Assembly (NCBI GenBank): GCA_038230375.1
Contig: JBBRNJ010000018.1
Span: 32,001 to 96,000, forward strand
Reading direction: 5' to 3'
DNA length: 64,000 bases
From: Polyangiales bacterium
GTDB lineage: Bacteria; Myxococcota_A; Polyangia; Polyangiales; Polyangiaceae
In this document: positions 28,254 through 37,216 of the stretch, piece by piece
How the letters are laid out: the number at the start of each line of letters is the position of its first letter
Numbering within the stretch: position 1 is the first letter of the stretch
Program-made: the position numbers and the translations under genes
The notes under the pieces: model-generated
Told to the model about the DNA's origin: nothing
The model's database searches: none
The model's input: only the letters and a program-made list of their open reading frames with translations

Positions 28254-29187
28254 GGATGAACGCCGTTACTCGTTCGTTGACGAGCTCGGGTTGTTCGATG
28301 GCCGCGACGTGGCTGCCGCCCTTCACCATCAGGAGCTCCGCCTTCGGGATGGTCTCCGCCATGTGCTCGGACAGGGCCGGCGGCGTGAACGTGTCCTTCT
28401 CTCCTGCGATGATGAGCACGGGAATGTCGATCTTCGCCATGTACTCCTCGGCGGTGTGATTGCCCGCCGCCCGCAGCATCTTCAGGAACATCGGAAAATC
28501 CACGTGCGTCATGTGCTTCAGGTACGGGAGCATGTCGTCCGCATGCACCTTGTCCGGATCGACGTCGCGCGCACGGAGCGCAAGCTTCAATGCGACCTCG
28601 GGTGGGATGCGAGACCACAGCGCACGGACGATGTCCGGCTGCTTCTCCACGATGTCCATCAGCTTGGGCAGGATGAGGTCGAGCAGCGGCATGCCGCGGA
28701 ACGACTGCGTCACCTTCCCGAAGCTCCCGCAGATCAGCACCAGTCCACGGACCTTGTCCGGATAGAGGTGCACCTCCTCCAGCGCGACCTGGGTTCCCAT
28801 CGAGTGTCCGAGGATCACGCACGGCGGATCCGACACATGCAGCCGCACGCTGTGAAGGTCCGCCGCATGTGCAGGGATGTCGATGAGGTCCGGATTTTCG
28901 GGCGCACTGCTGCGCCCATGGCCCCGGTAGTGCCAGTGCGTGAGCTGAAGCAGCTTCCCTACCTCGTCGTAGAGGTACTTCCAGATGAAGCCGTCGCAGA
29001 GAATCCCGTCGCAAAAGAAGGCGGTAGGCGTGTTTGCGCCAAAACCACCCCGATCAACGCTGGGAACGCCGGCCGGATGAACCGGCCTCGCCCTCACGAA
29101 CAGTCGCGTGCCGTCCGTTGCCGTAGCGAAGGAGTGTTCCTCGTCCGCCGGGAAACCCGACGGCGGTGGAACACTGTGACTCTTCAC
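28234..29187 (-). CDS. Alpha/beta-fold hydrolase
   Basis: WHYRGHGRS, GHSMG nucleophile elbow, IAGEKDTFTP, GGSHVAAIE; start at GTG 29187 inferred. Confidence 0.9.
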   Translation of the reverse strand: MKSHSVPPPSGFPADEEHSFATATDGTRLFVRARPVHPAGVPSVDRGGFGANTPTAFFCDGILCDGFIWKYLYDEVGKLLQLTHWHYRGHGRSSAPENPDLIDIPAHAADLHSVRLHVSDPPCVILGHSMGTQVALEEVHLYPDKVRGLVLICGSFGKVTQSFRGMPLLDLILPKLMDIVEKQPDIVRALWSRIPPEVALKLALRARDVDPDKVHADDMLPYLKHMTHVDFPMFLKMLRAAGNHTAEEYMAKIDIPVLIIAGEKDTFTPPALSEHMAETIPKAELLMVKGGSHVAAIEQPELVNERVTAFIRDRILA

Positions 29188-29194
29188 GTTTCGC

Positions 29195-29437
29195 TCACGG
29201 CTCGTCTTCGTCGTCAGCGCCGTCGACTTCGTTGACGCTCGGCAGCTTCTTGATCTCCAGGCGGGAGATCTTCCAGGCACGCTGAACCACCCAAGAAAGC
29301 GAACGGTCGAGGCGCGCGGCCTCTTCTTTGATCTCCTGGAGCATCGACTCGGGGAAGTAGAGACTCTGCTTCCTCTTGTCGGTCTTGGAGCTCTCGCTGC
29401 GAAGGTTCGAAATCGAGTCCTTTTCTCCGCTCGCCAC
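29195..29437 (-). CDS. TIGR04563 (MXAN_4361/MXAN_4362) family small protein, ribbon-helix-helix-like
   Basis: DKRKQSLYFPESMLQEIKEEAARLDRSLSWVVQRAWK. Confidence 0.88.
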   Translation of the reverse strand: MASGEKDSISNLRSESSKTDKRKQSLYFPESMLQEIKEEAARLDRSLSWVVQRAWKISRLEIKKLPSVNEVDGADDEDEP

Positions 29438-29611
29438 CGGGGGCCTCCTCTGTGTCAGGTCACGTATTCACACACGCGGAAGTCGCGCGCATGATTCAAG
29501 ATATCAGGACTTCGGAACTCCGGTGCGACAATTCTCGACCTTGCCCTGCGTGCCCGCTGATCTCCCTGAAAAAGCCCGAAAAAGGCCGAAAAAGGCGATA
29601 CCTTTCCACCC

Positions 29612-30946
29612 GTGACCTTCCCCAACCGCGCCCTCCGGCTCGCTCTTCCCGTTCTCCTTGCCTTCGTTAGCGGAGTCTTCGTCGGCTCCGGTCGCGCGCA
29701 CGCGACGAGCGAGGACAAGAGCCCCTACTCCGCGGTTGGTCAGCTCGGACGCGTGCTCGTGTTGGTGGAGAACGAGTACGTCGATCCTGTCGAGCGTGGC
29801 CGTCTTGTCGAGGGCGCCATCAAGGGCATGGTGACGGAGCTCGATCCGCACTCCGAGTACCTCCGACCCGAAGAGTGGAAGCAGTTCCACGGCGACACGG
29901 AAGGAAACTTCGGAGGCATCGGCATCGAGGTCGACGGTCGCGATGGCACGCTCACCGTCATCGCGCCCATCGAGGGCTCACCCGCGGATCGCGCGGGCAT
30001 CCTCTCGGGTGACAAGGTCATCGGCGTGGACGGCGAGGACGCGCGCCACGCATCGCTCGACAAGCTGATGAAGCAGATGCGCGGCCAGGCCGGCACGCGC
30101 GTGAAGATCACGGTCCTCCGCGGCTCGGAGACAAGGGTCTTCGATCTCGTACGCGAGGTCATTCATCTCTCTGCGGTGACTGCGAAGGCGCTCGAGGGCG
30201 GCGCGATCTACCTGCGCATCCGGCAGTTCCAGGAGGGCACGCACGCGGAGCTCATTCGTGAGGTCGGGAAGGCACGGCGCGATGCAGGCGGCCGCGTGCA
30301 GGGCGTCATCCTTGATCTTCGTCACAACCCGGGCGGTCTCGTCGACGAGGCCGCGGAGGTGTCCGACGAGTTCCTCGACGGCGGCATGATCTTCACCATG
30401 CGTCACCGCGGCCAGACCGTGGAGCAGGCGAAGGCACACTCGGGCGGCGCACTCGTGGACATGCCTGTCGTCGTCCTCGTCGACGAATGGAGCGCGAGCG
30501 CCTCCGAGCTCGTCACCGGCGCGCTGCAGGATCAGAAGCGAGGCGTCGTGGTGGGCCAGCCGACGTTCGGCAAGGGCAGCGTGCAGTCGATCCTCGATCT
30601 ACCCGGCGGCGCGGGCCTCAAGCTGACGACAGCGCGGTACTTCACGCCCTCTGGGCACGCGATCCAGGCGGACGGCATCCATCCAGACGTCGTCGTCGAG
30701 AAGGAGAACATCGGTCGCCCCGCATTCCGCGAAGGCGACATCGGAAACCACCTCTCTGCGGAAGGGCCGCAGGGCGGTGTGCCCTCGCAGGCCGCGCGCG
30801 ATGCGGGCTCGATCCACGTGGAGCGGGACGGCGGTGACTCCCCGGTGCAGGCCGCCCGCGACGTCCCGAAGGATCCGTCCACGTCGAAGGATTTCGTGCT
30901 GGCGCTCGGCTACAAGCTGCTTCGGCAGAAGATGTCGGGCAAGTAG
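29612..30946 (+). CDS. S41 family C-terminal processing protease (CtpA/Prc-like)
   Basis: LDPHSEY, FGGIGIEV, PDZ, LDLRHNPGGL, SASASE, GKGSVQ. Confidence 0.95.
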   Translation: MTFPNRALRLALPVLLAFVSGVFVGSGRAHATSEDKSPYSAVGQLGRVLVLVENEYVDPVERGRLVEGAIKGMVTELDPHSEYLRPEEWKQFHGDTEGNFGGIGIEVDGRDGTLTVIAPIEGSPADRAGILSGDKVIGVDGEDARHASLDKLMKQMRGQAGTRVKITVLRGSETRVFDLVREVIHLSAVTAKALEGGAIYLRIRQFQEGTHAELIREVGKARRDAGGRVQGVILDLRHNPGGLVDEAAEVSDEFLDGGMIFTMRHRGQTVEQAKAHSGGALVDMPVVVLVDEWSASASELVTGALQDQKRGVVVGQPTFGKGSVQSILDLPGGAGLKLTTARYFTPSGHAIQADGIHPDVVVEKENIGRPAFREGDIGNHLSAEGPQGGVPSQAARDAGSIHVERDGGDSPVQAARDVPKDPSTSKDFVLALGYKLLRQKMSGK

Positions 30947-31303
30947 TCAGTCGCCTCGGAGGGCGACGGCGGCGTTGACCAGCGGCAGCAGCAGGAGCAG
31001 CGTGACGGCGACGAGGGAGTAGCTCGCCCAGGTCCAGTCAACAGGCGGCCCCACGCGCGCGAGCGAGATGAGCATGGTGATGATGCCGAGGACCGCGTGG
31101 CCGCGTGACGGCGCGCGCCACACCAGCGCGCTGGCCGTGACGCCAAGCATCGCGCAGCCGATCGCGATCGCGCTCTTCCAATTCCATGGCGCAGGGTTCC
31201 TGTAGAACCACCCGATCAGCGCCACCGTCGTGAGCCCACTGAAGATCAGGAGAGCCATCGACGCGACGAAGACAGTGAGCTTTGAGGCTCCGCGATCGTT
31301 CAC
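30947..31303 (-). CDS. Small four-TM hypothetical membrane protein
   Basis: Four hydrophobic segments; fills the gap exactly. Confidence 0.7.
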   Translation of the reverse strand: MNDRGASKLTVFVASMALLIFSGLTTVALIGWFYRNPAPWNWKSAIAIGCAMLGVTASALVWRAPSRGHAVLGIITMLISLARVGPPVDWTWASYSLVAVTLLLLLPLVNAAVALRGD

Positions 31304-31360
31304 GATGAGCCCCGAGCATACACGAATTCCCCCACCACCAAGCGCCCCCTGTCCACGGAG

Positions 31361-32089
31361 CTATCCACGGATCCGGATGGCGTACGTCAGCTTCACGACG
31401 TTCTTCAGGACGTTCGGGACGCGCTTGAAAAGGTTGATGGAAGGCGGTCGCTTCTCGACGACGCGCACGGGGATCTCGCGCATCTTGATGCCGCCGCGAT
31501 CCGCGCGGATCACGAACTCGCTCGCGAAGACGTCCTTGTCGACCAGGCACGCACGCACGATGTCCAGCAGCGCAACGCGTCGGAATGCCTTCAGGCCGTG
31601 CGTGTCCGTCCCGCGGAAGCCGAGCATGATGCGGAGGATCGAGGAGTAGCCCATGCTCGCCAGGTGGCGGAACATGGGGCGGTCGTCGCTTGCGCCCTCC
31701 ACGAGCTTGGAGCCGATGACCATGTCCGCGGCGCCGGACTCGAGGATCTCGATCGCGCGGCGATGGAAGTCAGCGTCGCAGAGATCGATCTCGTCGCAGA
31801 TGACCATCTCGCCGCGGGCAAGCAGGATGCCCTGCTTCATGGCCTTGCCGTAGTTCGGCTCGCCCATGGAGATGATCTTCACCTGGCCGTTCGCGGGGTC
31901 GTTGTACTTCTGCGAGAGCTCCTCGCCGATCTCCACGGTGCGATCCTTCGAGCCGTTCTCGGCGAGGATGATCTCGTAGTTCCATCCGAGCGGCGCAAGG
32001 CGCTCGCGCAGGTCCACGACCGATGCGTGCAGGATCCCCTCTTCGTTGTAGACGGGGATGACGATGGATATGCGCGGGTCCGAGCTCAC
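31361..32089 (-). CDS. GT2 glycosyltransferase (polyprenyl-phosphate glycosyltransferase-like)
   Basis: ISIVIPVYNEE, ENGSKDRT, CDEIDL, DTHGLKAFRR. Confidence 0.9.
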   Translation of the reverse strand: MSSDPRISIVIPVYNEEGILHASVVDLRERLAPLGWNYEIILAENGSKDRTVEIGEELSQKYNDPANGQVKIISMGEPNYGKAMKQGILLARGEMVICDEIDLCDADFHRRAIEILESGAADMVIGSKLVEGASDDRPMFRHLASMGYSSILRIMLGFRGTDTHGLKAFRRVALLDIVRACLVDKDVFASEFVIRADRGGIKMREIPVRVVEKRPPSINLFKRVPNVLKNVVKLTYAIRIRG

Positions 32090-32161
32090 GGCTAGCCGCT
32101 TTTATCCCCGTCTTTCCGAAACCTCCAGCCATATTTCAGGACGGATGCTAAGAGGCGGGCC

Positions 32162-33274
32162 ATGCGAACGCGCACCACGCTCGTTGTTCTCTCCCTGGCT
32201 CTCGCCGCGTGCAACAGTGACCCGTCTTCCGGCAAGAAGACCGAGGGCCCCAAGGTCAAGGAGGCGATCCCCGACAACATGGTCGTGAACGACTTCTTCC
32301 CGGAGAAGGGTGGCAAGGCGCGGCCCATCGTGGACGCCTCCATCGGGGAAGGCGGCATCGGCGGCATCGCCGCGGCCACGGGAGACGCCGGTGGCGCGGA
32401 CGACGGGGACGACAATGCCGTCGTGGAGCGCAAGATCACCATGATCGAGGCAGGCGCGGAGCCGCGCTCGCAGAAGCGCTACGCGTTCAAGACGCAGAGC
32501 GAAGCGCGCAAGGTCACGATGGCCGTGAAGAGCCTGCGCGAGGGCCAGGGCCAGAAGCAGGAAGACGCCCAGCCGCTCACCACCGTCAACATGCTCTTCA
32601 CGCTCAAGGGCCAGAACGCCGGCGCGTTCCAGTATGACGCGCTCATCAAGAACGTGGATCTGGATCTCCCGGCGAACGCGGACAAGCGGCAGGTCGCGCA
32701 GGCAAAGCAGGCGCTCGAGGCGCTGAAGGGCATCAAGGCGCAGATCAGCGTCACGGCGCGCGGCAGCATCGGTGAGGCCAAGTTCGAGTCGGACAAGCTC
32801 CCGCGCGGCGCCGCCGAGCAGATCATGCCGCTCTTCTCGCAGGTGTTCGAGTTCATCGTGGCGCCGCTGCCCGAAGAGGCGATCGGCGTGGGCGCGAAGT
32901 GGCAGGAGATCACGGACGGCGCGGACCGCGGCATTCGCTCGAAGGTGACGGCGACGTACACCCTGAAGGAGTGGAACGCCGAGGGCGGCGTGATCGACGC
33001 CGAGGTGAAGCGCTCCGCCCCACGTCAAACGGTCCAGGATCCGCGCATGCCGGGCGCGAGCATCCGCCTCGAGGGCAAGGGCACCTACCACTTCGAGGTG
33101 AAGACGAACGGGCTCGTCCAGAGGGCGAGCGGCGAGAACAACACGGTCCTCAACATCGAAGCGCCCGGACCGTCCGGAAAGCTGGAGCCGGCGCTCACCG
33201 AGACGACCTCCGTGAAGCACACCGTCGAGATGCCGACACCTGCAGCTGCTCCCGCGCCCGCGCCGGGCCATTGA
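32162..33274 (+). CDS. Hypothetical lipoprotein
   Basis: Lipobox LALAAC; LPEEAIGVGAKW; coding-like codon usage. Confidence 0.8.
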   Translation: MRTRTTLVVLSLALAACNSDPSSGKKTEGPKVKEAIPDNMVVNDFFPEKGGKARPIVDASIGEGGIGGIAAATGDAGGADDGDDNAVVERKITMIEAGAEPRSQKRYAFKTQSEARKVTMAVKSLREGQGQKQEDAQPLTTVNMLFTLKGQNAGAFQYDALIKNVDLDLPANADKRQVAQAKQALEALKGIKAQISVTARGSIGEAKFESDKLPRGAAEQIMPLFSQVFEFIVAPLPEEAIGVGAKWQEITDGADRGIRSKVTATYTLKEWNAEGGVIDAEVKRSAPRQTVQDPRMPGASIRLEGKGTYHFEVKTNGLVQRASGENNTVLNIEAPGPSGKLEPALTETTSVKHTVEMPTPAAAPAPAPGH

Positions 33275-33389
33275 GCTGACACTGCCGTCTAACGCCATGG
33301 ACCTGTCAGCCATCGGGCCTCTGACCATTGACGGCGCGTCAGGGTTGGGCAAGAACGAACTCCTCACAGCGTAGCGAAGGAGTCGGCTC

Positions 33390-33947
33390 ATGGCGGAAGG
33401 CTTGAACAAGGTGTTGCTTCTCGGGAACCTCGGCGCCGATCCGGAGCTGAAGGTCACGGCGGGAGGTCAGGCGATCCTGAAGCTTCGCCTGGCAACGACC
33501 GAGTCGTACCTCGACAAGAGCAACACACGCCAGGAGCGCACCGAGTGGCACTCCATCACCGTGTGGGGCAAGCGCGGCGAGGCGCTCTCGCGCATCCTCG
33601 CAAAGGGCTCCTCCATCTTCGTGGAGGGTGGAATTCGCACCTCGAGCTACGAGAAGGACGGCGAGAAGCGCTATCGCACGGAGATCGTCGCCAACAACAT
33701 CATCCTCGCAGGCCGCGGTCGCGGAGCGGGCGCGGGTGCGGGCGGCGGTGACTTCGAAGAGGGTGGCGGTGGCGGTGGCGGACGTCCCAGCGGCGGTGGC
33801 GGCGGCGGACGTCCCAGCGGCGGCGGCGGACGTCCCAGCGGCGGTGGCGGTGGCAACAGCGATCGCGCACCTGCCTCCGAAGCTCCCCCCCCGGCCGACG
33901 ACTTTGGCTACGGCTCAGGCGGCGGCGACGACGAAATTCCTTTTTGA
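33390..33947 (+). CDS. ssb: Single-stranded DNA-binding protein
   Basis: LNKVLLLGNLGADPE, ERTEWH, Gly-rich tail with three GRPSGGGG repeats, C-terminal DDEIPF. Confidence 0.98.
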   Translation: MAEGLNKVLLLGNLGADPELKVTAGGQAILKLRLATTESYLDKSNTRQERTEWHSITVWGKRGEALSRILAKGSSIFVEGGIRTSSYEKDGEKRYRTEIVANNIILAGRGRGAGAGAGGGDFEEGGGGGGGRPSGGGGGGRPSGGGGRPSGGGGGNSDRAPASEAPPPADDFGYGSGGGDDEIPF

Positions 33948-33973
33948 ACGGGCGGACTCGGTGCGTCGTCCAG

Positions 33974-34014
33974 ATCGTCGTCGAGGTCTCGGTCGAGGTC
34001 GCGGTCGTCGTCGA
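33974..34014. repeat. Degenerate GTC/GAGGTC repeat just after the stop of the minus-strand gene 34015-35361
   Basis: atcgtcgtcgaggtctcggtcgaggtcgcggtcgtcgtcga. Confidence 0.6.
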
Positions 34015-35361
34015 CTACTTTGTCGTCACGCCGTCGTTGTCCAGGCCTGTGACGGCTTCGGTTGGCATCAGGCCTAACCAGGCGTCGCTTCTTGGCGTCA
34101 TGAAGACCTTCGCGTAGACCCACTCGTTGAGTGGCGCAAACGCCACGTTCTTCTGCACGCTCAGGTGATTGTGGATCGCTCCGTGGAACGCATACTCGTT
34201 GCGCGCACTCTCCTCGGCCAGGCGCTGCTCGAAACGCGCGAGGTGCTTCTCGATCGCCACGTCGGACAGCGGGGCTGCGTCTGGCGTGTCGAAGTCGCGC
34301 GGCTGCTTCGACTTTGCGAACGCGCGGCTGACCGGATCGAGCTTGTCCTTGGGCAGATGTTTCGCGATCGGGTCCCAGCCGTCCCAGGGCGAGTATGCGT
34401 GGAGCTCTGGCTGCATCAGCGCAAGCGGTGGCGCCTCGGTGTCGGCCTTGGAGACGGTGAGCTGATTGACCAACGCCGCCGGCATGCTGCTCCACAGCGC
34501 GTCGGGCCACTTCGTGTAACCAACGAAGCTCGGGAGGCGCGCCTCCTTGAGCTGCTCACCGTAGCCGTCGCCGTAGGACAAAAGGAGCAGCTTTCGCCAC
34601 CGCGCCGTGAGCTTCCACACCATCTGCTCGTGGTGCTTCGAGATGAGCTTCTGCGACTCATCGTCCGTGAGCGCAGCGCTCTTCTTCGCAAGTTCAAGGC
34701 TCTCCCGGAGTCCGTTCTCGAAGGCCGTGGGACCGTAGAGGCCGGGCAGCGCGTCGACGATGCGGCCCTCGGAATCGAGCACGTAGTGGATGCTGTTGCC
34801 GGTGATGGTGCGCGTGATCTTCCTGCCGTCGCCGAAGTCGATGCTGATCTCGGGCACGGGCCGCTCGCTCTGCCAGTGCAGCACGTACGTGTCGCGGAGG
34901 AAGGCCGACACGCGCGGGTTCGCATAGAGCACGATCCGGAAGAGGCGGCTGTTCGCGCACGAGAGCTCCTTGTCGAGCTGGCCGAGCAGTCGGAGCGAGA
35001 GGATCGGACGCCCACTACGCTTCGCCTCGGCCTTCGCCTCCGCGAGGTCCGTGTACCAGAAGAGGCGCGACGTGTAGGCGTCACGCTGCATCGCGACGTG
35101 GTCGATCTCGTTGCGCAGTCGGGCGATCTCCGCGGCGTCCGCGTTTGCCGCCACCAGCCGATCATGCTCTGCAAGCAGCCTCTCGAGCCGCGCCGGGCTG
35201 CGAGGTTCCACGGGGGCTGCGGCAGCCATTCCGTTCGCCGCGAGCTCGGGCGCCGCAGACTGGAGTGTCGCGGGTGTCAGTGTGGTCGTGTCGGTCGCCT
35301 CCGGGTCGGGACCGCAGGCCATGAGGGCAAAGGCGAGGCTGAGTACTGCAAGCTTTCGCAT
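34015..35361 (-). CDS. Hypothetical lipoprotein with thioredoxin-like segment
   Basis: Lipobox LMAC; WYTDLAEAKAEAKRSGRPILSLRLLG....SCANSR (CxxS). Confidence 0.75.
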   Translation of the reverse strand: MRKLAVLSLAFALMACGPDPEATDTTTLTPATLQSAAPELAANGMAAAAPVEPRSPARLERLLAEHDRLVAANADAAEIARLRNEIDHVAMQRDAYTSRLFWYTDLAEAKAEAKRSGRPILSLRLLGQLDKELSCANSRLFRIVLYANPRVSAFLRDTYVLHWQSERPVPEISIDFGDGRKITRTITGNSIHYVLDSEGRIVDALPGLYGPTAFENGLRESLELAKKSAALTDDESQKLISKHHEQMVWKLTARWRKLLLLSYGDGYGEQLKEARLPSFVGYTKWPDALWSSMPAALVNQLTVSKADTEAPPLALMQPELHAYSPWDGWDPIAKHLPKDKLDPVSRAFAKSKQPRDFDTPDAAPLSDVAIEKHLARFEQRLAEESARNEYAFHGAIHNHLSVQKNVAFAPLNEWVYAKVFMTPRSDAWLGLMPTEAVTGLDNDGVTTK

Positions 35362-35447
35362 GTCAGATCGAACGCCCATCGACCGAAACACAATCCGTCG
35401 AGGTCGAGGTGTTTTGGCCCTGATCTTGCTGATTTTTGGCCGAGGCC

Positions 35448-35476
35448 TTGAAATGCCCTCTTCCAAGGACTAGGTT
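35448..35476 (+). promoter_or_regulatory. sigma70-type promoter of rpmE
   Basis: TTGAAA-N17-TAGGTT followed by GC-rich discriminator GCGCC; T-tracts upstream. Confidence 0.7.
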
Positions 35477-35518
35477 GCGCCTCCCTCTCCTATCTTCGGA
35501 GAGGAACTGGAGCGAGTC

Positions 35519-35788
35519 ATGAAAGAAGGAATTCACCCCGAGTACCCCGCCGCTGCCGTCTCGTGCGCGTGCGGCAACAGCTTCGTCACCCGCTCCACGC
35601 GCGGTGATTTCCAGGTCGACGTCTGCGGGGCCTGCCACCCGTTCTACACGGGAACCCAGAAGCTCATCGACGCCGCGGGTCGCGTTGACAAGTTCCGCAA
35701 GCGCTACGCCGGCAACGCCGCCAAGGATGCCGCCAAGGCAGCCGCCGCGACCGAGGCCGCCGCCGCCGCGACCGAGCTGAAGGCCTGA
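35519..35788 (+). CDS. rpmE: 50S ribosomal protein L31 (Cys-containing type)
   Basis: [36 protein letters not shown]. Confidence 0.98.
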   Translation: MKEGIHPEYPAAAVSCACGNSFVTRSTRGDFQVDVCGACHPFYTGTQKLIDAAGRVDKFRKRYAGNAAKDAAKAAAATEAAAAATELKA

Positions 35789-35828
35789 GCAAAGCCGCTT
35801 CTGGCTTTCGCCGCGTGCATCCGTACTT

Positions 35829-35880
35829 GAAGGAGCCTGCGAGTCGCCCACGTGCGATTCCGCAGGCTCGCCTTCGTTTG
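35829..35880 (+). terminator. Long hairpin/possible terminator after rpmE
   Basis: GAAGG-AGCCTGCG-AGTCGC...GCGATT-C-CGCAGGCT-CG-CCTTC followed by GTTT. Confidence 0.5.
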
Positions 35881-35909
35881 GTCCCAAAAGGTCTTATACT
35901 GAAAAGGCG

Positions 35910-37199
35910 ATGAGCGAAGACAAGGCCAGCCCGTACCGTGAGCCCGCCGCGAAGGCGCCCCAGAAGCCGTACATCGGTGGGCAGGCGTTGCTCGAAGGCG
36001 TGATGATGCGCTCACCGGCATCGCTTGCCATGGTCGTGCGCCGTCGTGACGGTTCGCTGCATGTTCGCGAGCGGCCCGTGAAGGACTATCGCCGTGGGAT
36101 CGCCAAGGTGCCGCTCATTCGCGGCGTCGGCTCGTTCGTGGAGTCGCTTCGCATCGGTCACGAGGCGCTCCGCTTCTCGGCCGAACAGCTCGAGAAGGAC
36201 ATGGAGGCGACCGAGCGGGAGAACGCAGCAAAGCCTGGCGCCAAGGCCGACGCGGACGCGAAGGAGAAGACTTCGTCCGGGACCGCCGGCAAGATTGCGC
36301 AAGACGCGGCGAGCAAGGTGAAGAGCGCAGCGCAGACGCTGGTGACCTTGATCGGAAGCCTGGCAAGCCATGCAGCCACGTTTGGCGCAACGTTCAACTT
36401 TGGTCTCACCTCGCTGTTGACGAGCGCAGACTCCGACACGGGCGGGCCCAGCTCCGGTTCGGCCCCCCGTGAGAAGAAGTCCGGCGGCATGGGCTTCGTG
36501 CTCGTGATCATGGTGCTCTTCATCTGGGCGCTCCCGCAGCTTGCGGCGGCGCTCGCGAAGCGCGCGTTCCACCTGGAGGCGAACGTGCAGTCGCCCGCCT
36601 TCCAGGCCATCACGGGCGCCTTCAAGCTCACCATCGTGATCGGCTACATGCTGCTGATTCGCCGCACGGAGATGGTGCGGCGCATGTTCCAGTACCACGG
36701 CGCCGAGCACAAGACGATCACCTGCTACGAGGCCGAGGAGGCGCTCACGGTCGAGAACGCGCGCACGAAGACCACGCTCCATCCGCGCTGCGGCACGACG
36801 TTCCTCGTCATGGTGGCTCTCGTCTCGGTGATCGTGTTCACCGGTCTCGGCGCGGTGCTCCCCAAGATCGACACCGGCAGCGAAGTGAAGAACAACATCA
36901 TCTTCTTCTTCGTGAAGCTCCCGTTCATCCCCGTGATCGCGGGCCTCACGTTCGAGATCCAGCGCCTGTTCGCGCGCTACTGCACGGTAGGTCCGCTGCG
37001 TGTGCTGCTCTGGCCGGGCTTCCTGGTCCAGAAGATCACCACCATCGAGCCCGACGACGAGCAGCTGGAGGTGGCGCTTGCGTCCCTGCGCGCCACGCTC
37101 TTCCGCGAGAACGGTGAGCACTCCGGATCCAGCAGCGACGTGCGCTTCCCCACGTACGAGTCCATCGTCAAGGCCCCGCGTCTCCGCAAGGCCGCGTGA
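35910..37199 (+). CDS. DUF1385 (YqhQ-like) membrane protein
   Basis: IGGQALLEGVMMR, FQYHGAEHK, HPRCGTTF, QKITTIEPDDEQLEVA; lies between rpmE and prfA. Confidence 0.92.
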   Translation: MSEDKASPYREPAAKAPQKPYIGGQALLEGVMMRSPASLAMVVRRRDGSLHVRERPVKDYRRGIAKVPLIRGVGSFVESLRIGHEALRFSAEQLEKDMEATERENAAKPGAKADADAKEKTSSGTAGKIAQDAASKVKSAAQTLVTLIGSLASHAATFGATFNFGLTSLLTSADSDTGGPSSGSAPREKKSGGMGFVLVIMVLFIWALPQLAAALAKRAFHLEANVQSPAFQAITGAFKLTIVIGYMLLIRRTEMVRRMFQYHGAEHKTITCYEAEEALTVENARTKTTLHPRCGTTFLVMVALVSVIVFTGLGAVLPKIDTGSEVKNNIIFFFVKLPFIPVIAGLTFEIQRLFARYCTVGPLRVLLWPGFLVQKITTIEPDDEQLEVALASLRATLFRENGEHSGSSSDVRFPTYESIVKAPRLRKAA

Positions 37200-37216
37200 G
37201 TAGCTGAGGAGCAAGC

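Noticed and set aside
27979..29235. Plus-strand ORF with a poly-(VE) tract, and related DLDL/RSRS ORFs
   Set aside because: Alternative-frame readings of the hexamer repeat, antisense to well-supported genes
33765..33855. GGC-rich repeats inside ssb as a separate element
   Set aside because: They encode the ordinary Gly-rich disordered SSB linker
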